In this document: piece after piece, positions 38,945 to 48,802 of the stretch
How positions within the stretch are numbered: the first letter of the stretch is position 1
Layout: every line of letters starts with the position of its first letter
Assembly: GCA_025924715.1 (NCBI GenBank)
Contig: JAICHV010000010.1
Coordinates: forward strand, 22,281 to 86,280
Origin: Alphaproteobacteria bacterium
GTDB lineage: Bacteria > Pseudomonadota > Alphaproteobacteria > Micropepsales > Micropepsaceae
DNA: 64,000 nucleotides
Direction of reading: 5' to 3'
Program-made: the position numbers and the translations under genes
The notes under the pieces: model-generated
Database searches by the model: none
What the model was told of the DNA's origin: nothing
Seen by the model: only the letters and a program-made list of their open reading frames with translations

Positions 38945-39608
38945 GAGCATCCCAGACAATCTCGCCGCCATCTTGGCGCGCATCGCGGCGGCGCGAAAGG
39001 CCGCCATCCGCCCCGCCCCGCAAACGCGGCTGATCGCGGTCTCCAAGACCGTGGCGGAAAGCGGCATCCGCGCCGCTCTGGCTGCGGGCCAGCGCCTGTT
39101 CGGCGAAAACCGGGTGCAGGAAGCCATGGCAAAATTTCCGCCATTGAAGGGCGAATATCCGGAAGCTGAATTGCACTTGATAGGTCCGCTGCAGACCAAC
39201 AAAGTCAAAGAAGCCGCCGCGCTGTTCGACACCATCCAGACCCTGGATCGTTTGAAATTGGCCCAGGCCCTGGCCGCCGAACGCGACAAAAGCGGCAAAT
39301 GCCCGTCGCTGTTTGTCCAGGTCAATACCGGCGAGGAGCCGCAAAAAGCCGGCATATTGCCAAAGGACGCGCCCGCTTTGATCGCGCAGGCGCGCGAGCT
39401 GTACTTGCCGGTCACCGGCCTGATGTGCATCCCCCCGCTGGAAGACGACGCCGCGCCGCATTTCGCGTTTCTCGCTAAGCTGGCGGCGGATAATGGGCTG
39501 ACTCAACTGAGCATGGGAATGAGTTCGGATTTCGAACTGGCCATCCGCTTCGGCGCCACCCATGTCAGGGTTGGCACGGCGATTTTCGGGGCACGGGAAT
39601 CACACTAA
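38943..39608 (+). CDS. yggS: PLP homeostasis protein YggS
   Basis: LIAVSKT, FGENRVQEA, HLIGPLQTNK, LSMGMSSDF, VRVGTAIFG. Confidence 0.96.
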   Translation: MSIPDNLAAILARIAAARKAAIRPAPQTRLIAVSKTVAESGIRAALAAGQRLFGENRVQEAMAKFPPLKGEYPEAELHLIGPLQTNKVKEAAALFDTIQTLDRLKLAQALAAERDKSGKCPSLFVQVNTGEEPQKAGILPKDAPALIAQARELYLPVTGLMCIPPLEDDAAPHFAFLAKLAADNGLTQLSMGMSSDFELAIRFGATHVRVGTAIFGARESH

Positions 39609-39629
39609 GTCAGCGGTGCGACAGATCAC

Positions 39630-39706
39630 CCTCACCCTGAGCTTGACGAAGGGTGCGAAACAAGCACCGAGCCTGATCCGCATCCCTCGACAGGCTCGGA
39701 ATGAGG
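39630..39706. repeat. REP-like inverted doublet
   Basis: cctcaccctgagcttgacgaaggg ... ccctcgacaggctcggaatgagg, an inverted pair between convergent genes. Confidence 0.7.
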
Positions 39707-39717
39707 AGTGCAGAATT

Positions 39718-40221
39718 TCACCCGATTTTGATTTTATCTCCCGCCCGCAACTGCTCCAGCGCTGCCACAAGATCGCCGCGCACCAGCGCGACACAGCCCG
39801 CCGTCGCCGCATAATCCTCCTTCGCCAGATGCAGGAAGATGGCGCTGCCCTTGCCCGCGATCACCGGATCGTCATTGAAGCCGATCACCGCCACCAGGTC
39901 GTAGAGGTGATCGTCGCGCCACATCTGTTCGGCGCTGGCGCCGTAGGGCAGCTTGACCAGGCGATTATAGTTGGGATCGTGCGGCGCGTCGCACCAGCCG
40001 TCGTCCGGCGCCGTGGCGCGCAGCGGCAGATGGACCTTCGGTTTGGCCATGCGGTCGGGACGATAGAAAATCTCGCGGATGGCGTAACTGCCTTGCGGGG
40101 TCACGCCATCGCCTTCGCCCCTCTTGGTGCCGATTCCCGCCGGACCGATGGCACAGCGCCGCGGCCCCGCGCCCCAATCCAGCATTGGCCCCGCTTCGCC
40201 CTGCGTCACCCGCAAATCCAT
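39718..40221 (-). CDS. L,D-transpeptidase family protein
   Basis: KRGEGDGVTP, GWCDAP, GSAIFLH...TAGCVAL. Confidence 0.9.
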   Translation of the reverse strand: MDLRVTQGEAGPMLDWGAGPRRCAIGPAGIGTKRGEGDGVTPQGSYAIREIFYRPDRMAKPKVHLPLRATAPDDGWCDAPHDPNYNRLVKLPYGASAEQMWRDDHLYDLVAVIGFNDDPVIAGKGSAIFLHLAKEDYAATAGCVALVRGDLVAALEQLRAGDKIKIG

Positions 40222-40320
40222 GGCTCTTCTTAGGACACCGGCCGGCGGGTGCGCAAAATCGCTGACGCCGGCGCGGCAAATCGGGCTAACCTTGACGGCC
40301 AAAGCACGCGAAAAGGTTCC

Positions 40321-40980
40321 ATGGCCAGCGCCAAGCGCATTCTTCTGGTGGATAGCAACGCGGTGCTGCGCGCCTCGCTGGCGGAGCAATTATCCGCCGA
40401 GGGCGCCTATGAGATCACCACCGCCGGCAGCCTGGCCGAGGCCCGCGTCGCGGCCGGGCCCTTCGCCTTGGCGGTGATCGATCAAAATCTGCCCGATGGC
40501 AGCGGCGAGGCCCTGGCGGCGGAGCTGCGCGCCGTGGCACCGGCCTGTCTGCTGTTGGTGGAGGAGGGGGCGGCGCCTGCCAATTCCCCTGCCGAGCGCA
40601 TGAGTAAACCCTTCCGCTTCGCAGGTTTGCTGGCTCGGATCGAGGCCCTGGTCGGCCGCCATGGCGGCGGCGGGGCCGCCGTCGGGCCCTATCAGTTCCG
40701 CCCCAGCGCCAAGCTTTTGACGCAAGGAACCAAGCGCAAGATCCGGCTGACCGAAAAGGAAACCAATATCCTCAAATTCCTGCTGGAGGCCGCCGGCACC
40801 GTTCCGCGCCAGACCCTCCTCCACGAGGTCTGGGGCTATAACCCCGCCGTCACCACCCACACCCTGGAAACCCATATTTATCGGCTTCGCCGGAAAATCG
40901 AGGAAAACCCAGGCGAAGCCAAAATCCTGGTCACCGAGGAGGGCGGCTATCGCTTGGCCGGCGCTCCTGCAAATGTTTAA
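40321..40980 (+). CDS. OmpR-family response regulator
   Basis: Receiver domain (ILLVD, D..LPD, KPF) plus wHTH RLTEKE...VWGYN...THTLETHIYRLR. Confidence 0.93.
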   Translation: MASAKRILLVDSNAVLRASLAEQLSAEGAYEITTAGSLAEARVAAGPFALAVIDQNLPDGSGEALAAELRAVAPACLLLVEEGAAPANSPAERMSKPFRFAGLLARIEALVGRHGGGGAAVGPYQFRPSAKLLTQGTKRKIRLTEKETNILKFLLEAAGTVPRQTLLHEVWGYNPAVTTHTLETHIYRLRRKIEENPGEAKILVTEEGGYRLAGAPANV

Positions 40981-41013
40981 CAGCCGTTAACCCTTCGCGC
41001 CTAAGACAGCCGC

Positions 41014-43020
41014 ATGGGAAAGCACCCAGCCAAATCCGCGCCTCACAAGGCAAAGCGCAAAGGCGTGGCCCCGCAGGACGAAGCGCCCATTTTTAAATTG
41101 GGCGCATCCGCGCCCGGGCCGGCCAAACGGGGGCGGATCTGGCCCTATACCCTGGTGATGCTGCTGGCCTGGGGGGTGATTTTCGGCGCCATCTTTGTTG
41201 CGCATGTCATGGCCGGCCTGCCGGATGTGGGCAATCTGATGGCCACGGCCCCCACCCGAGACGTCAGTATTCTGGACGATCGCGGGCGGCTGATCGCGCG
41301 GCGCGGCCTCACCCGCGGCATGGCAGTGGAGGCCGGCGCCTTGCCGGCTTTTATCCCGAACGCTTTCATTGCCATCGAGGACCGCCGCTTCCGCGACCAT
41401 TTCGGTCTTGATCTGATCGGCGTGGCACGGGCGGAAGTTCAGAACCTGATCGCGGGGCACGTGGTGCAGGGCGGCAGCACATTGACCCAGCAATTGGCGA
41501 AGAACCTGTTCCTGGATTCCGACCGCACTTTCCACCGCAAAATGCAGGAAGCGATTCTGGCGATCGAGCTGGAGTCGCATTATTCCAAGGACCAGATACT
41601 CACCCTGTATCTGAACCGGGTTTATTTCGGCGCCGGCGTGTTCGGCATCGAGGCGGCGTCGCAGAAATTCTTCGGCAAACATGCGCGCGAGCTTGGCCTG
41701 ACCGAAGCCGCGATGCTGGCGGGCAGCGTCAAGGCGCCGACGCGCTATAACCCCTTGGTCGATCCCGATGCCTCACAGGCCCGCGCCCAAGTGGTGCTGC
41801 GCGCCATGCAGGATGCCGGCTTCATCGATTCCCACAGCCGCGCGCTGGCCCAGGCCACCAGCCCCCGCATCCTGCGCAGCAGCGGCACGCCGGATTCCGG
41901 TTATTTCGCCGATTGGGTGCTGAGCCAGCTCGATCGCTATGCCGGCGGCAGCAATGAGCCGATGGTGGTGGAAACCAGTTTCGATCTTCAAACCCAGGCC
42001 ATGGCCGAACGCGCGGTCGGTCAGGCTTTGGATCAGGACGGCCAAAAGCTGCATGCCGGCCAGGCCGCCTTGGTGGCGATGACGCCGGATGGCGCGGTGC
42101 GGGCCATGGTGGGCGGACGCTCTTATTCCCAGTCCAGCTTCAATCGCGCCAGTGATGCGGTGCGCCAGCCCGGCAGCGCCTTCAAGCCCTTTGTTTACCT
42201 GGCCGCTTTTGAACATGGCCACACCCCCGACGACATCATGCATGACGGGCCGGTGGACATTCATGGCTGGAAGCCATCCGATTTCGAAGGCGATTATCAA
42301 GGCGATATCAGCCTGACCAAAGCCTTCGCCCTGTCTTCCAATTCGGTGGCCGCACAATTGACCGCCGAGATCGGACCCAAGGACGTCGCCCAGACGGCGC
42401 GGCGGCTGGGCATCGCCTCACCGCTGGCGGAAGTCGCTTCGCTCGCCTTGGGCACGTCGGGCGTCACGCCTTTGGAGCTGACCGGCGCTTATGCACCTTT
42501 TGCCAATGGCGGGATCGGCGTGAAGCCTTTTGCGATTCTGTCGATCCGAACCAAAGCGGGGAAATTGCTTTATAAGCGGCGGGCGATCGACGCCGGCGCG
42601 GTGATGTCGCCGGCCGATAATGCGGCCATGACCAAAGTGATGGTCGAGACCGTCACCACCGGCACCGGCAAGGCGGCGCGGCTCCAGGAACGGCCCAGCG
42701 CCGGTAAGACCGGCACCACCCAGGATTTCCACGATGCCTGGTTTGTCGGCTTCACTGCCGATCTGGTCTGCGGCGTCTGGATGGGCAATGACAATTCGGC
42801 GCCCATGAAGAAAGCCACCGGCGGCGGCCTGCCGGCGCGCATCTTCCACAATTTCATGGAAAGCGCCGAACAGAATCTTCCGCCCCGGCCGCTGATCGGC
42901 AGCATAGCGGTGGCCGAGGCCGATGCACCCGATGCGCCGCCGGGCCAGACAGCCGCGGCAGAGCCGAAAAAACCCGGCAGTTTTGAAGAATTGCTGGACA
43001 GTCTGTTCGGCGGAACTTGA
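41014..43020 (+). CDS. Class A penicillin-binding protein (transglycosylase/transpeptidase)
   Basis: [19 protein letters not shown]; transpeptidase motifs SAFK, SSN, KTG. Confidence 0.96.
   Translation: MGKHPAKSAPHKAKRKGVAPQDEAPIFKLGASAPGPAKRGRIWPYTLVMLLAWGVIFGAIFVAHVMAGLPDVGNLMATAPTRDVSILDDRGRLIARRGLTRGMAVEAGALPAFIPNAFIAIEDRRFRDHFGLDLIGVARAEVQNLIAGHVVQGGSTLTQQLAKNLFLDSDRTFHRKMQEAILAIELESHYSKDQILTLYLNRVYFGAGVFGIEAASQKFFGKHARELGLTEAAMLAGSVKAPTRYNPLVDPDASQARAQVVLRAMQDAGFIDSHSRALAQATSPRILRSSGTPDSGYFADWVLSQLDRYAGGSNEPMVVETSFDLQTQAMAERAVGQALDQDGQKLHAGQAALVAMTPDGAVRAMVGGRSYSQSSFNRASDAVRQPGSAFKPFVYLAAFEHGHTPDDIMHDGPVDIHGWKPSDFEGDYQGDISLTKAFALSSNSVAAQLTAEIGPKDVAQTARRLGIASPLAEVASLALGTSGVTPLELTGAYAPFANGGIGVKPFAILSIRTKAGKLLYKRRAIDAGAVMSPADNAAMTKVMVETVTTGTGKAARLQERPSAGKTGTTQDFHDAWFVGFTADLVCGVWMGNDNSAPMKKATGGGLPARIFHNFMESAEQNLPPRPLIGSIAVAEADAPDAPPGQTAAAEPKKPGSFEELLDSLFGGT
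41083..41115. repeat. Intragenic copy of the dispersed palindromic repeat
   Basis: gcgcccatttttaaattgggcgcatccgcgccc is 29/33 identical to 18021-18053; in frame in the PBP N-terminus. Confidence 0.75.
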
Positions 43021-43021
43021 T

Positions 43022-43771
43022 CTAGTTATACCGCAACAGGTTCTTGCCGTGATCGCGCAGCCAGTTGCGGGCGCGTTTGTGATCGCTGCTCAGGCTTTGC
43101 ACATGCGCCCAGAATTTGGGGCCATGATTCATTTCCTTCAGATGCGCCACTTCATGCGCCACCACATAGTCGCGCACGAATTCCGGCGCGAAAATCAGGC
43201 GCCAGGAAAAAGACAGGGAGCGGGCCGAAGAACAGGAGCCCCAGCGGCTGGCGGTATCGCGCACCATGACCCGCGACGGTCGCACCCCCAGCTCAGCGCC
43301 ATATTCCAGGGCGCGCGCTTCCAGGGCTTTTTTCGCTTCCCGTTTGAAATAATCCACCAGGCGCCGGCGCGCATGTTCGAGCTTGCCGGAGACTAAGATT
43401 CGCTCGCCCTCGCGCCATACCGGCGCCGGTCCTTTGGTGGCGCTATGGGCGATGCGGTGGGTGGTGCCCAAAAAGGGGACCGCGGCGCCGGGGGCGAGTT
43501 CGACCGGCGGCGGCACCTTGCCGCGCTGCCGGGCAATCCAGCCGGTTTCGCCGCGCGCGAAGGCCAGGGCCGATTCCACACTGCTGCGCAGGGGTGCGGT
43601 CAGCGTCACCTCGCCCGACACCGGGTTGACCCGCATCACCATGCGCCGGGCCCGGGGATGAAAGCGCACCCGCACGGCCACGGCTTCGCCATCGATGGCG
43701 AGCAAGGCGTGCTTCTCTCGCTTTTCTTGCGGCTTGCGTTTAGGCTTGGGACCCAACAGGAATTCAAGCAT
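43022..43771 (-). CDS. YgjP/DUF45 (M48-like) metalloprotease family
   Basis: [29 protein letters not shown]. Confidence 0.92.
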   Translation of the reverse strand: MLEFLLGPKPKRKPQEKREKHALLAIDGEAVAVRVRFHPRARRMVMRVNPVSGEVTLTAPLRSSVESALAFARGETGWIARQRGKVPPPVELAPGAAVPFLGTTHRIAHSATKGPAPVWREGERILVSGKLEHARRRLVDYFKREAKKALEARALEYGAELGVRPSRVMVRDTASRWGSCSSARSLSFSWRLIFAPEFVRDYVVAHEVAHLKEMNHGPKFWAHVQSLSSDHKRARNWLRDHGKNLLRYN

Positions 43772-44192
43772 GCCGGAACGGCCTCGTTTTCATCTCGCTT
43801 TTCCCGTGCGCGATCTTGCCGAAGCCCGCGCTTTTTACGGCGACCTGCTCGGCTGTCCGGAAGGACGATCGAGCGAGGAATGGGTGGACTTCGATTTTTA
43901 CGGCCATCAGATCGTCGCGCATTTAAGCCCGAACGAGGCCGGACATAAAGCGCATAATGATGTCGACGGCGATCAGGTTCCAGTGCGTCACTTTGGAGCG
44001 ATCTTGTCGATGCCGGAATGGAAAAATCTGGCGGCGAAATTGCAAGAACACAATATTGCCTTCATCATCGAGCCCGATATCCGTTTTCAAGGCCTGCCGG
44101 GCGAACAGGCGACTTTTTTCTTCCTCGATCCCAGCGGCAATGCGCTGGAGTTCAAAGCGTTCGGCGATGAATCACGCATCTTTGCCCGCTGA
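43770..44192 (+). CDS. VOC/glyoxalase family protein
   Basis: [36 protein letters not shown]. Confidence 0.92.
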   Translation: MPERPRFHLAFPVRDLAEARAFYGDLLGCPEGRSSEEWVDFDFYGHQIVAHLSPNEAGHKAHNDVDGDQVPVRHFGAILSMPEWKNLAAKLQEHNIAFIIEPDIRFQGLPGEQATFFFLDPSGNALEFKAFGDESRIFAR

Positions 44193-44631
44193 GCGGATTC
44201 TTCTGCTCGCCGGATTGGCCTCGCTGGCTTTGATCGTCGGCGCGCTGGGCTTTCAATATATCGGCCATCTGCCGCCTTGCGAGATGTGCCATTGGCAGCG
44301 CTGGCCCCATATCGCCGCCGCCATTGTCGGGGTCGGCGGCGCCGTGCTGATGCGCCGGCATGCCCGCGACCTGGCCTGGATGGTGGTGATCCTCATCCTG
44401 ATTTCCGGCCTGATCGGCGCGTATCAGACCGGCATGCAATGGCATTTGCTGCCGGGCCCGAGTGCTTGCACGGCGCCTCGCTATGTGATGGGCAGTCATG
44501 CCCCGGCCCCGGTAGTGCGCTGCGATGTGCCGACGTGGTTCTTTTTGGGCCTGGCGCTGCCGGCCTGGAACGCCATCCTTTCCTTCGCGATCGCCGGCGT
44601 CGCGGCGTTTTCCCTGACGAGGCGCGGATGA
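44167..44631 (+). CDS. dsbB: Disulfide bond formation protein B family
   Basis: [11 protein letters not shown] helices, GPSAC...VRCD. Confidence 0.85.
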   Translation: MNHASLPAERILLLAGLASLALIVGALGFQYIGHLPPCEMCHWQRWPHIAAAIVGVGGAVLMRRHARDLAWMVVILILISGLIGAYQTGMQWHLLPGPSACTAPRYVMGSHAPAPVVRCDVPTWFFLGLALPAWNAILSFAIAGVAAFSLTRRG

Positions 44632-45176
44632 GCCGCAAGCCCAAGCCTGCCTCGCCCGGCGGTGCGCCGGCGCCGGATATCGAAGCGATGATCCGGGTCG
44701 ATCATGCCGGGGAATATGGCGCGGTGCGCATATATGAAGGTCAGCTGGCGGTGCTGGGACGGGGGCGCAGCGGCGATACCATTCGCCATATGGCGGAGCA
44801 GGAACAACGCCATCTGAAAGCCTTTGACAGGCTGGTCAATCAGCGCCGGGTACGGCCCACCGCGTTGGAGCCGGTTTGGCGGGTGGCCGGCTTCGCGCTG
44901 GGCGCGGCCACCGCGCTGATGGGCGAGAAAGCCGCCTTTGCCTGTACCGCCGCGGTGGAAGAGGCCATCGACGACCATTACGCCGCCCAGATCGCAGCCT
45001 TGGGCGAGCAAGACCCGGACCTGAAAAAAACGGTGCAGGATTTCCGTGCCGACGAAGCCGCCCATCGCCAGACCGCGCTGGACAACGGCGCCGAGCAGGC
45101 GCCGGGTTACAAGCTTCTGAGCGAGACGATCAAAGCCGGTTGCCGAGTGGCGATAAAATTGTCGGAGAAGATATAA
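44628..45176 (+). CDS. coq7: Demethoxyubiquinone hydroxylase Coq7
   Basis: IRVDHAGEYGA, EQRH, AVEEAIDDHY, DEAAH di-iron motifs. Confidence 0.94.
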   Translation: MSRKPKPASPGGAPAPDIEAMIRVDHAGEYGAVRIYEGQLAVLGRGRSGDTIRHMAEQEQRHLKAFDRLVNQRRVRPTALEPVWRVAGFALGAATALMGEKAAFACTAAVEEAIDDHYAAQIAALGEQDPDLKKTVQDFRADEAAHRQTALDNGAEQAPGYKLLSETIKAGCRVAIKLSEKI

Positions 45177-45227
45177 GCTTCCGTCGCCGTGCAGTTCCTA
45201 CCCAATCGATATGGTTGAAGATTCGCC

Positions 45228-45599
45228 TTACTCGTTCTGCTGAACCCTATTTGTTTGTAAGTTCTTCCACACTTTGGTGGGCAGGATTAACAGCAGAGTG
45301 ATTCCAAATGCCAATATCGTCAAAGCGACTGCTGCCGAGAGGAGCGCGCCAACCAAGACCAAGGCGCCGGTCTTGAGTTCCAAGGTCGATGAAACCACGG
45401 CACCCAATGAAGCCCCCGGCCATCCGAAAATGATGAAGGCCCATGGCCAGACAAATATTCCGGTCCCCACCCCTGTGATTGCCGCTGCTAAAAATGTGTA
45501 CCGCCAATCGAAGTCGGAAAATCTGCGAAAAAATAGGAACAGAGCGCCTACATATACAGAGATCAACACGATCTCTTCCCAGGGAATCCAAGAACCCAT
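45228..45599 (-). CDS. Hypothetical membrane protein (lower GC)
   Basis: ORF with 3-4 hydrophobic segments; start uncertain (45599 or 45644). Confidence 0.5.
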   Translation of the reverse strand: MGSWIPWEEIVLISVYVGALFLFFRRFSDFDWRYTFLAAAITGVGTGIFVWPWAFIIFGWPGASLGAVVSSTLELKTGALVLVGALLSAAVALTILAFGITLLLILPTKVWKNLQTNRVQQNE

Positions 45600-45733
45600 T
45601 TGCGCCGTGCTTGTATGAAGAAGTGTTGGTTGTCGCCCATGCAACAGAACGTGGCCCTGATTGTTGCCTTAGGCAACAGGGCGAATGTCCAGGGCGGGCT
45701 TCATATTTTTGTGCGGGAAGGGCGAAGGGCCTA

Positions 45734-46294
45734 TTACGGCTCCAGCTCGCTATCCCAGTACAGATAATCCGCCCAGCTCTCATGCAGATAATTGGGCGGG
45801 AATTTGCGGCCATGCTCGCGCAATTCCGTGACGGTCGGCTGATGCGGGCGCTGGCGCGGGTGCATGCCGGCCTGTTTGGGAAGTCTTCCGCCTTTGTGCA
45901 GATTGCAGGGGCTGCAGGCCGTGACCACGTTCTCCCAGGTGGTGCGGCCGCCGCGCGAACGCGGCACCACATGGTCGAAAGTCAGCTCGCGCGGATCGCC
46001 GCAATATTGGCATTCAAAGCGGTCGCGCAGAAACACATTGAAGCGCGTGAAGGCGGGATGACGGGCGGGGCGGATATAGGTCTTGAGCGAGACCACCGAA
46101 GGCAGGCGCATTTCCAGCCGCGCCGACCGCACCACCCGGTCATATTGCTCCAGGATATTCACCCGCTCCAGGAACACCGCCTTGATGGTGTCCTGCCAGG
46201 ACCAGAGCGACAGGGGGTAATAGCTGAGCGGCCGATAATCGGCGTTCAGCACAAGCGCCGGACAATTGCTGGCACTACGCACCGGATTGAGCAC
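45734..46294 (-). CDS. HNH endonuclease family protein
   Basis: ALVLNADY, RDRFECQYCG, TFDHVVPRSRGG, VTACSPCN; GTG start. Confidence 0.92.
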   Translation of the reverse strand: MLNPVRSASNCPALVLNADYRPLSYYPLSLWSWQDTIKAVFLERVNILEQYDRVVRSARLEMRLPSVVSLKTYIRPARHPAFTRFNVFLRDRFECQYCGDPRELTFDHVVPRSRGGRTTWENVVTACSPCNLHKGGRLPKQAGMHPRQRPHQPTVTELREHGRKFPPNYLHESWADYLYWDSELEP

Positions 46295-46376
46295 GAACCA
46301 TCCCCTTTCCGGTACCGATTTTATAGGCGATTCTCGGGCTCTGCCAAGGGCTTGAAGATGACAGCGGGGCGACAGA

Positions 46377-47063
46377 TCAGCGCCGCAGCGCACAGCTCAC
46401 CGCGCCTCTTGGCACCAAAAAGCCGCCAAAAGCCTGAGCCAGAAATTCTCCCGCCATCTGGAGCCCCACCGGATCGATGCCATGGCCGACAGCCGGCGCC
46501 AGATGCCATTGCACCGGCGCCCCTGCCAAACCCAGCTCCGCCGCGGCCGCGAACATGGCGCCAACCGGAATGACGGTATCGGCGCTGCCATGGGCCAGAA
46601 AGATCGGCGGAGGGCTGCCGGCTTGGACGGGTGCCGCGAGCAGCCCGGAAAAGCCGACCACCGCGGCCGGCTTTGCGGCGCGGGTGAGGCCCACTTGCAG
46701 CGAGAGCATGGTGCCCTGGCTGAACCCCACCAGCGCCAGCCGGTCGGCCGTCAGGCCAAGCCGCGCGAGCTCCTGATCCAGGAAAGCATCCAATGACGGT
46801 CCCGCCGCCGTCACGCCCTGGGTCAATTCCTGAGGATCCATACGGCTGAGGCCGAACCATTGAAAGCCGTTGGGCGCGCCGGGCACGCGGTCGGGCGCGT
46901 TGGGCGCCACGAATTCGGTGGTGGGCAGCAGCCCCTGCCAATGACCGGCCAGCGAGATCAGATCATTGCCGTCGGCGCCATAGCCATGCACCAGCACCAC
47001 CAGATTTGTGGCGGGACCGCGGGCGGCGGCCAGGCGGGGACCGCTGAGAGAACGCAAAGCCAT
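46377..47063 (-). CDS. Alpha/beta hydrolase (phospholipase/carboxylesterase)
   Basis: HGYGADG, GFSQG, HGSADTV, GHGI. Confidence 0.93.
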   Translation of the reverse strand: MALRSLSGPRLAAARGPATNLVVLVHGYGADGNDLISLAGHWQGLLPTTEFVAPNAPDRVPGAPNGFQWFGLSRMDPQELTQGVTAAGPSLDAFLDQELARLGLTADRLALVGFSQGTMLSLQVGLTRAAKPAAVVGFSGLLAAPVQAGSPPPIFLAHGSADTVIPVGAMFAAAAELGLAGAPVQWHLAPAVGHGIDPVGLQMAGEFLAQAFGGFLVPRGAVSCALRR

Positions 47064-47091
47064 GGCGCGGGAAAATCGTTAGAGTGGCGCG

Positions 47092-47937
47092 GTGACTGTT
47101 ACACGCTTCGCGCCATCGCCAACAGGCTTGCTGCATTTGGGCCATGCCTTCGCCGCTTTGACCGCGGCGGCGGCGGGCAGCGAATTTCACTTACGCATCG
47201 AGGATCTGGATCAATCGCGGGCGCGCGAAGAATTTGTCGCCGCGATTTTTGAGGATCTGGCCTGGCTCGGCTTGTCCTGGAAGCAGCCGGTGCTGCGGCA
47301 GTCGGAGCGCTTTGATGCCTATCGTGCCGCGCTGGGTAGTCTGGCGGCGGAGGGCCTGACTTATCCCTGTTTTTGCAGCCGCAAAGAGATCGCCGAGGAA
47401 ATCGCGGGCGCGGTCGCAGCTCCACACTTTGTCGGATTGTCGGCTCCGCCGACGGGGCCCGATGGCCCGCTCTATCCCGGGACCTGCCGTGCTTTGCCGG
47501 CAGACGAACGCGCGGCGCGGATCGGCGGCGGTGAGAGCTATGCTTTGCGGCTGGATGCCGTCCGGGCGGCGCAGCGGGCCGGACCGTTATCCTTTGTCGA
47601 ACAGGGCGTAAGTTTTGCCGTCGATCCGCTATTGTTCGGCGATGTGGTGCTGGCACGCAAAGACATGCCGGCGTCCTATCATCTCGCGGTGGTGGTGGAT
47701 GATGCCTTCGAGGGTATTACGCTGGTGACCAGGGGCGAGGACCTTCTGCCGGCAACCCATGTGCAGCGACTGTTGCAGGCCCTGCTGGCGCTGCCCGCGC
47801 CCTCCTATGCCCATCACCGGCTGATCCTGGACGAACAGGGGCGCAAATTCTCCAAGCGCGACCGCGCCGTCACCTTGCGCGCCTTGCGCGAAGCAGGCGC
47901 GGCGCCGTCCGACATCCGCGCCCGCCTGGGCTTTTAG
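47092..47937 (+). CDS. gluQ: Glutamyl-Q tRNA(Asp) synthetase
   Basis: RFAPSPTGLLHLGH, YPCFCSR, YPGTCR, KFSKRD; no anticodon-binding domain. Confidence 0.93.
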   Translation: MTVTRFAPSPTGLLHLGHAFAALTAAAAGSEFHLRIEDLDQSRAREEFVAAIFEDLAWLGLSWKQPVLRQSERFDAYRAALGSLAAEGLTYPCFCSRKEIAEEIAGAVAAPHFVGLSAPPTGPDGPLYPGTCRALPADERAARIGGGESYALRLDAVRAAQRAGPLSFVEQGVSFAVDPLLFGDVVLARKDMPASYHLAVVVDDAFEGITLVTRGEDLLPATHVQRLLQALLALPAPSYAHHRLILDEQGRKFSKRDRAVTLRALREAGAAPSDIRARLGF

Positions 47938-47997
47938 CCATCTGGGCTTTTAACCAGACGGGCTTTGGCAGGTTTGGCCTCTATGCTAGGAAACCCC

Positions 47998-48315
47998 ATG
48001 ACCGCCCTGGACCGCCTGTTCGCCACCATCATCGCCCGCCGCGACGCGGGCGATGCCGCCAATTCCTATACGGCCAAGCTGCTGGCCGACGGCGTCGCCA
48101 AATGCGCCAAGAAATTTGGTGAGGAAGCGGTGGAGACCGCGCTGGCCGCGGTATCGGGCGACAAGGACGCGCTGGCCGGCGAATCCGCCGATGCGCTCTA
48201 TCATCTGGCGGTGTTGTGGGCGGCGGCCGGTATCACCCCCGCCGAGGTGTATGCCAAGCTTGCGGCCCGCGAGGGCCAATCGGGCCTGGCGGAAAAAGCC
48301 GCGCGGAAAAGCTAA
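47998..48315 (+). CDS. hisE: Phosphoribosyl-ATP diphosphatase
   Basis: SYTAKL, KKFGEEAVE, ESADALYHL. Confidence 0.95.
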   Translation: MTALDRLFATIIARRDAGDAANSYTAKLLADGVAKCAKKFGEEAVETALAAVSGDKDALAGESADALYHLAVLWAAAGITPAEVYAKLAAREGQSGLAEKAARKS

Positions 48316-48734
48316 CCCTCGCCGGCGTTTTCTTCGGTCAGGCTCTTGACCAGATCCAGCACCCGCTTGCGCACCTTGGGATCCTTGATCTTCATGAAGG
48401 CCAGGCTGAGCTGCAGTCCTTCCCCGCTGGAAACAAATTCCATCACCGGCGGCGCGCCTTCCGAGTCGGTAAATCCCGGCTTGTCGGTTCCGGGGACGCT
48501 GACGCCTTCATAGAAGAAATCGATCGGCACACCCAGAATGCGGGAGACCTCGAACAGCCGGCCGGCGCCGATACGATTGACGCCCTTCTCGTATTTCTGG
48601 ACTTGCTGGAAGGTCAGGCCCAGCAGATCGCCAAGCCGCTCCTGGCTCATGCCAATCAGCATGCGCCTTATTCGAACCCGATTGCCGACTTGCGCATCGA
48701 TGGGATTGGCTTGTTTTTTTGGCACTTTACGCAA
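48312..48734 (-). CDS. XRE-family HTH transcriptional regulator
   Basis: VGNRVRIRR..GMSQERLG...TFQQVQKYEKGVNRIGAGRL; conserved downstream of lnt. Confidence 0.93.
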   Translation of the reverse strand: MRKVPKKQANPIDAQVGNRVRIRRMLIGMSQERLGDLLGLTFQQVQKYEKGVNRIGAGRLFEVSRILGVPIDFFYEGVSVPGTDKPGFTDSEGAPPVMEFVSSGEGLQLSLAFMKIKDPKVRKRVLDLVKSLTEENAGEG

Positions 48735-48802
48735 CCGATCAATTTACGGGGCGGAACTTAGCCGCAATGCTCCGACAACTGAAACAAATAAATCCGCGTG
48801 CG

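Noticed and set aside
40976-40991. CtrA box upstream of the PBP gene
   Set aside because: TTAA-N6-TTAAC has the wrong spacing (or one mismatch at N7) and overlaps a stop codon; too weak to call
45734-46294. HNH nuclease as a defence or mobile system
   Set aside because: Stand-alone member of a widespread family in a housekeeping context; no methylase, cas genes, array or integrase nearby
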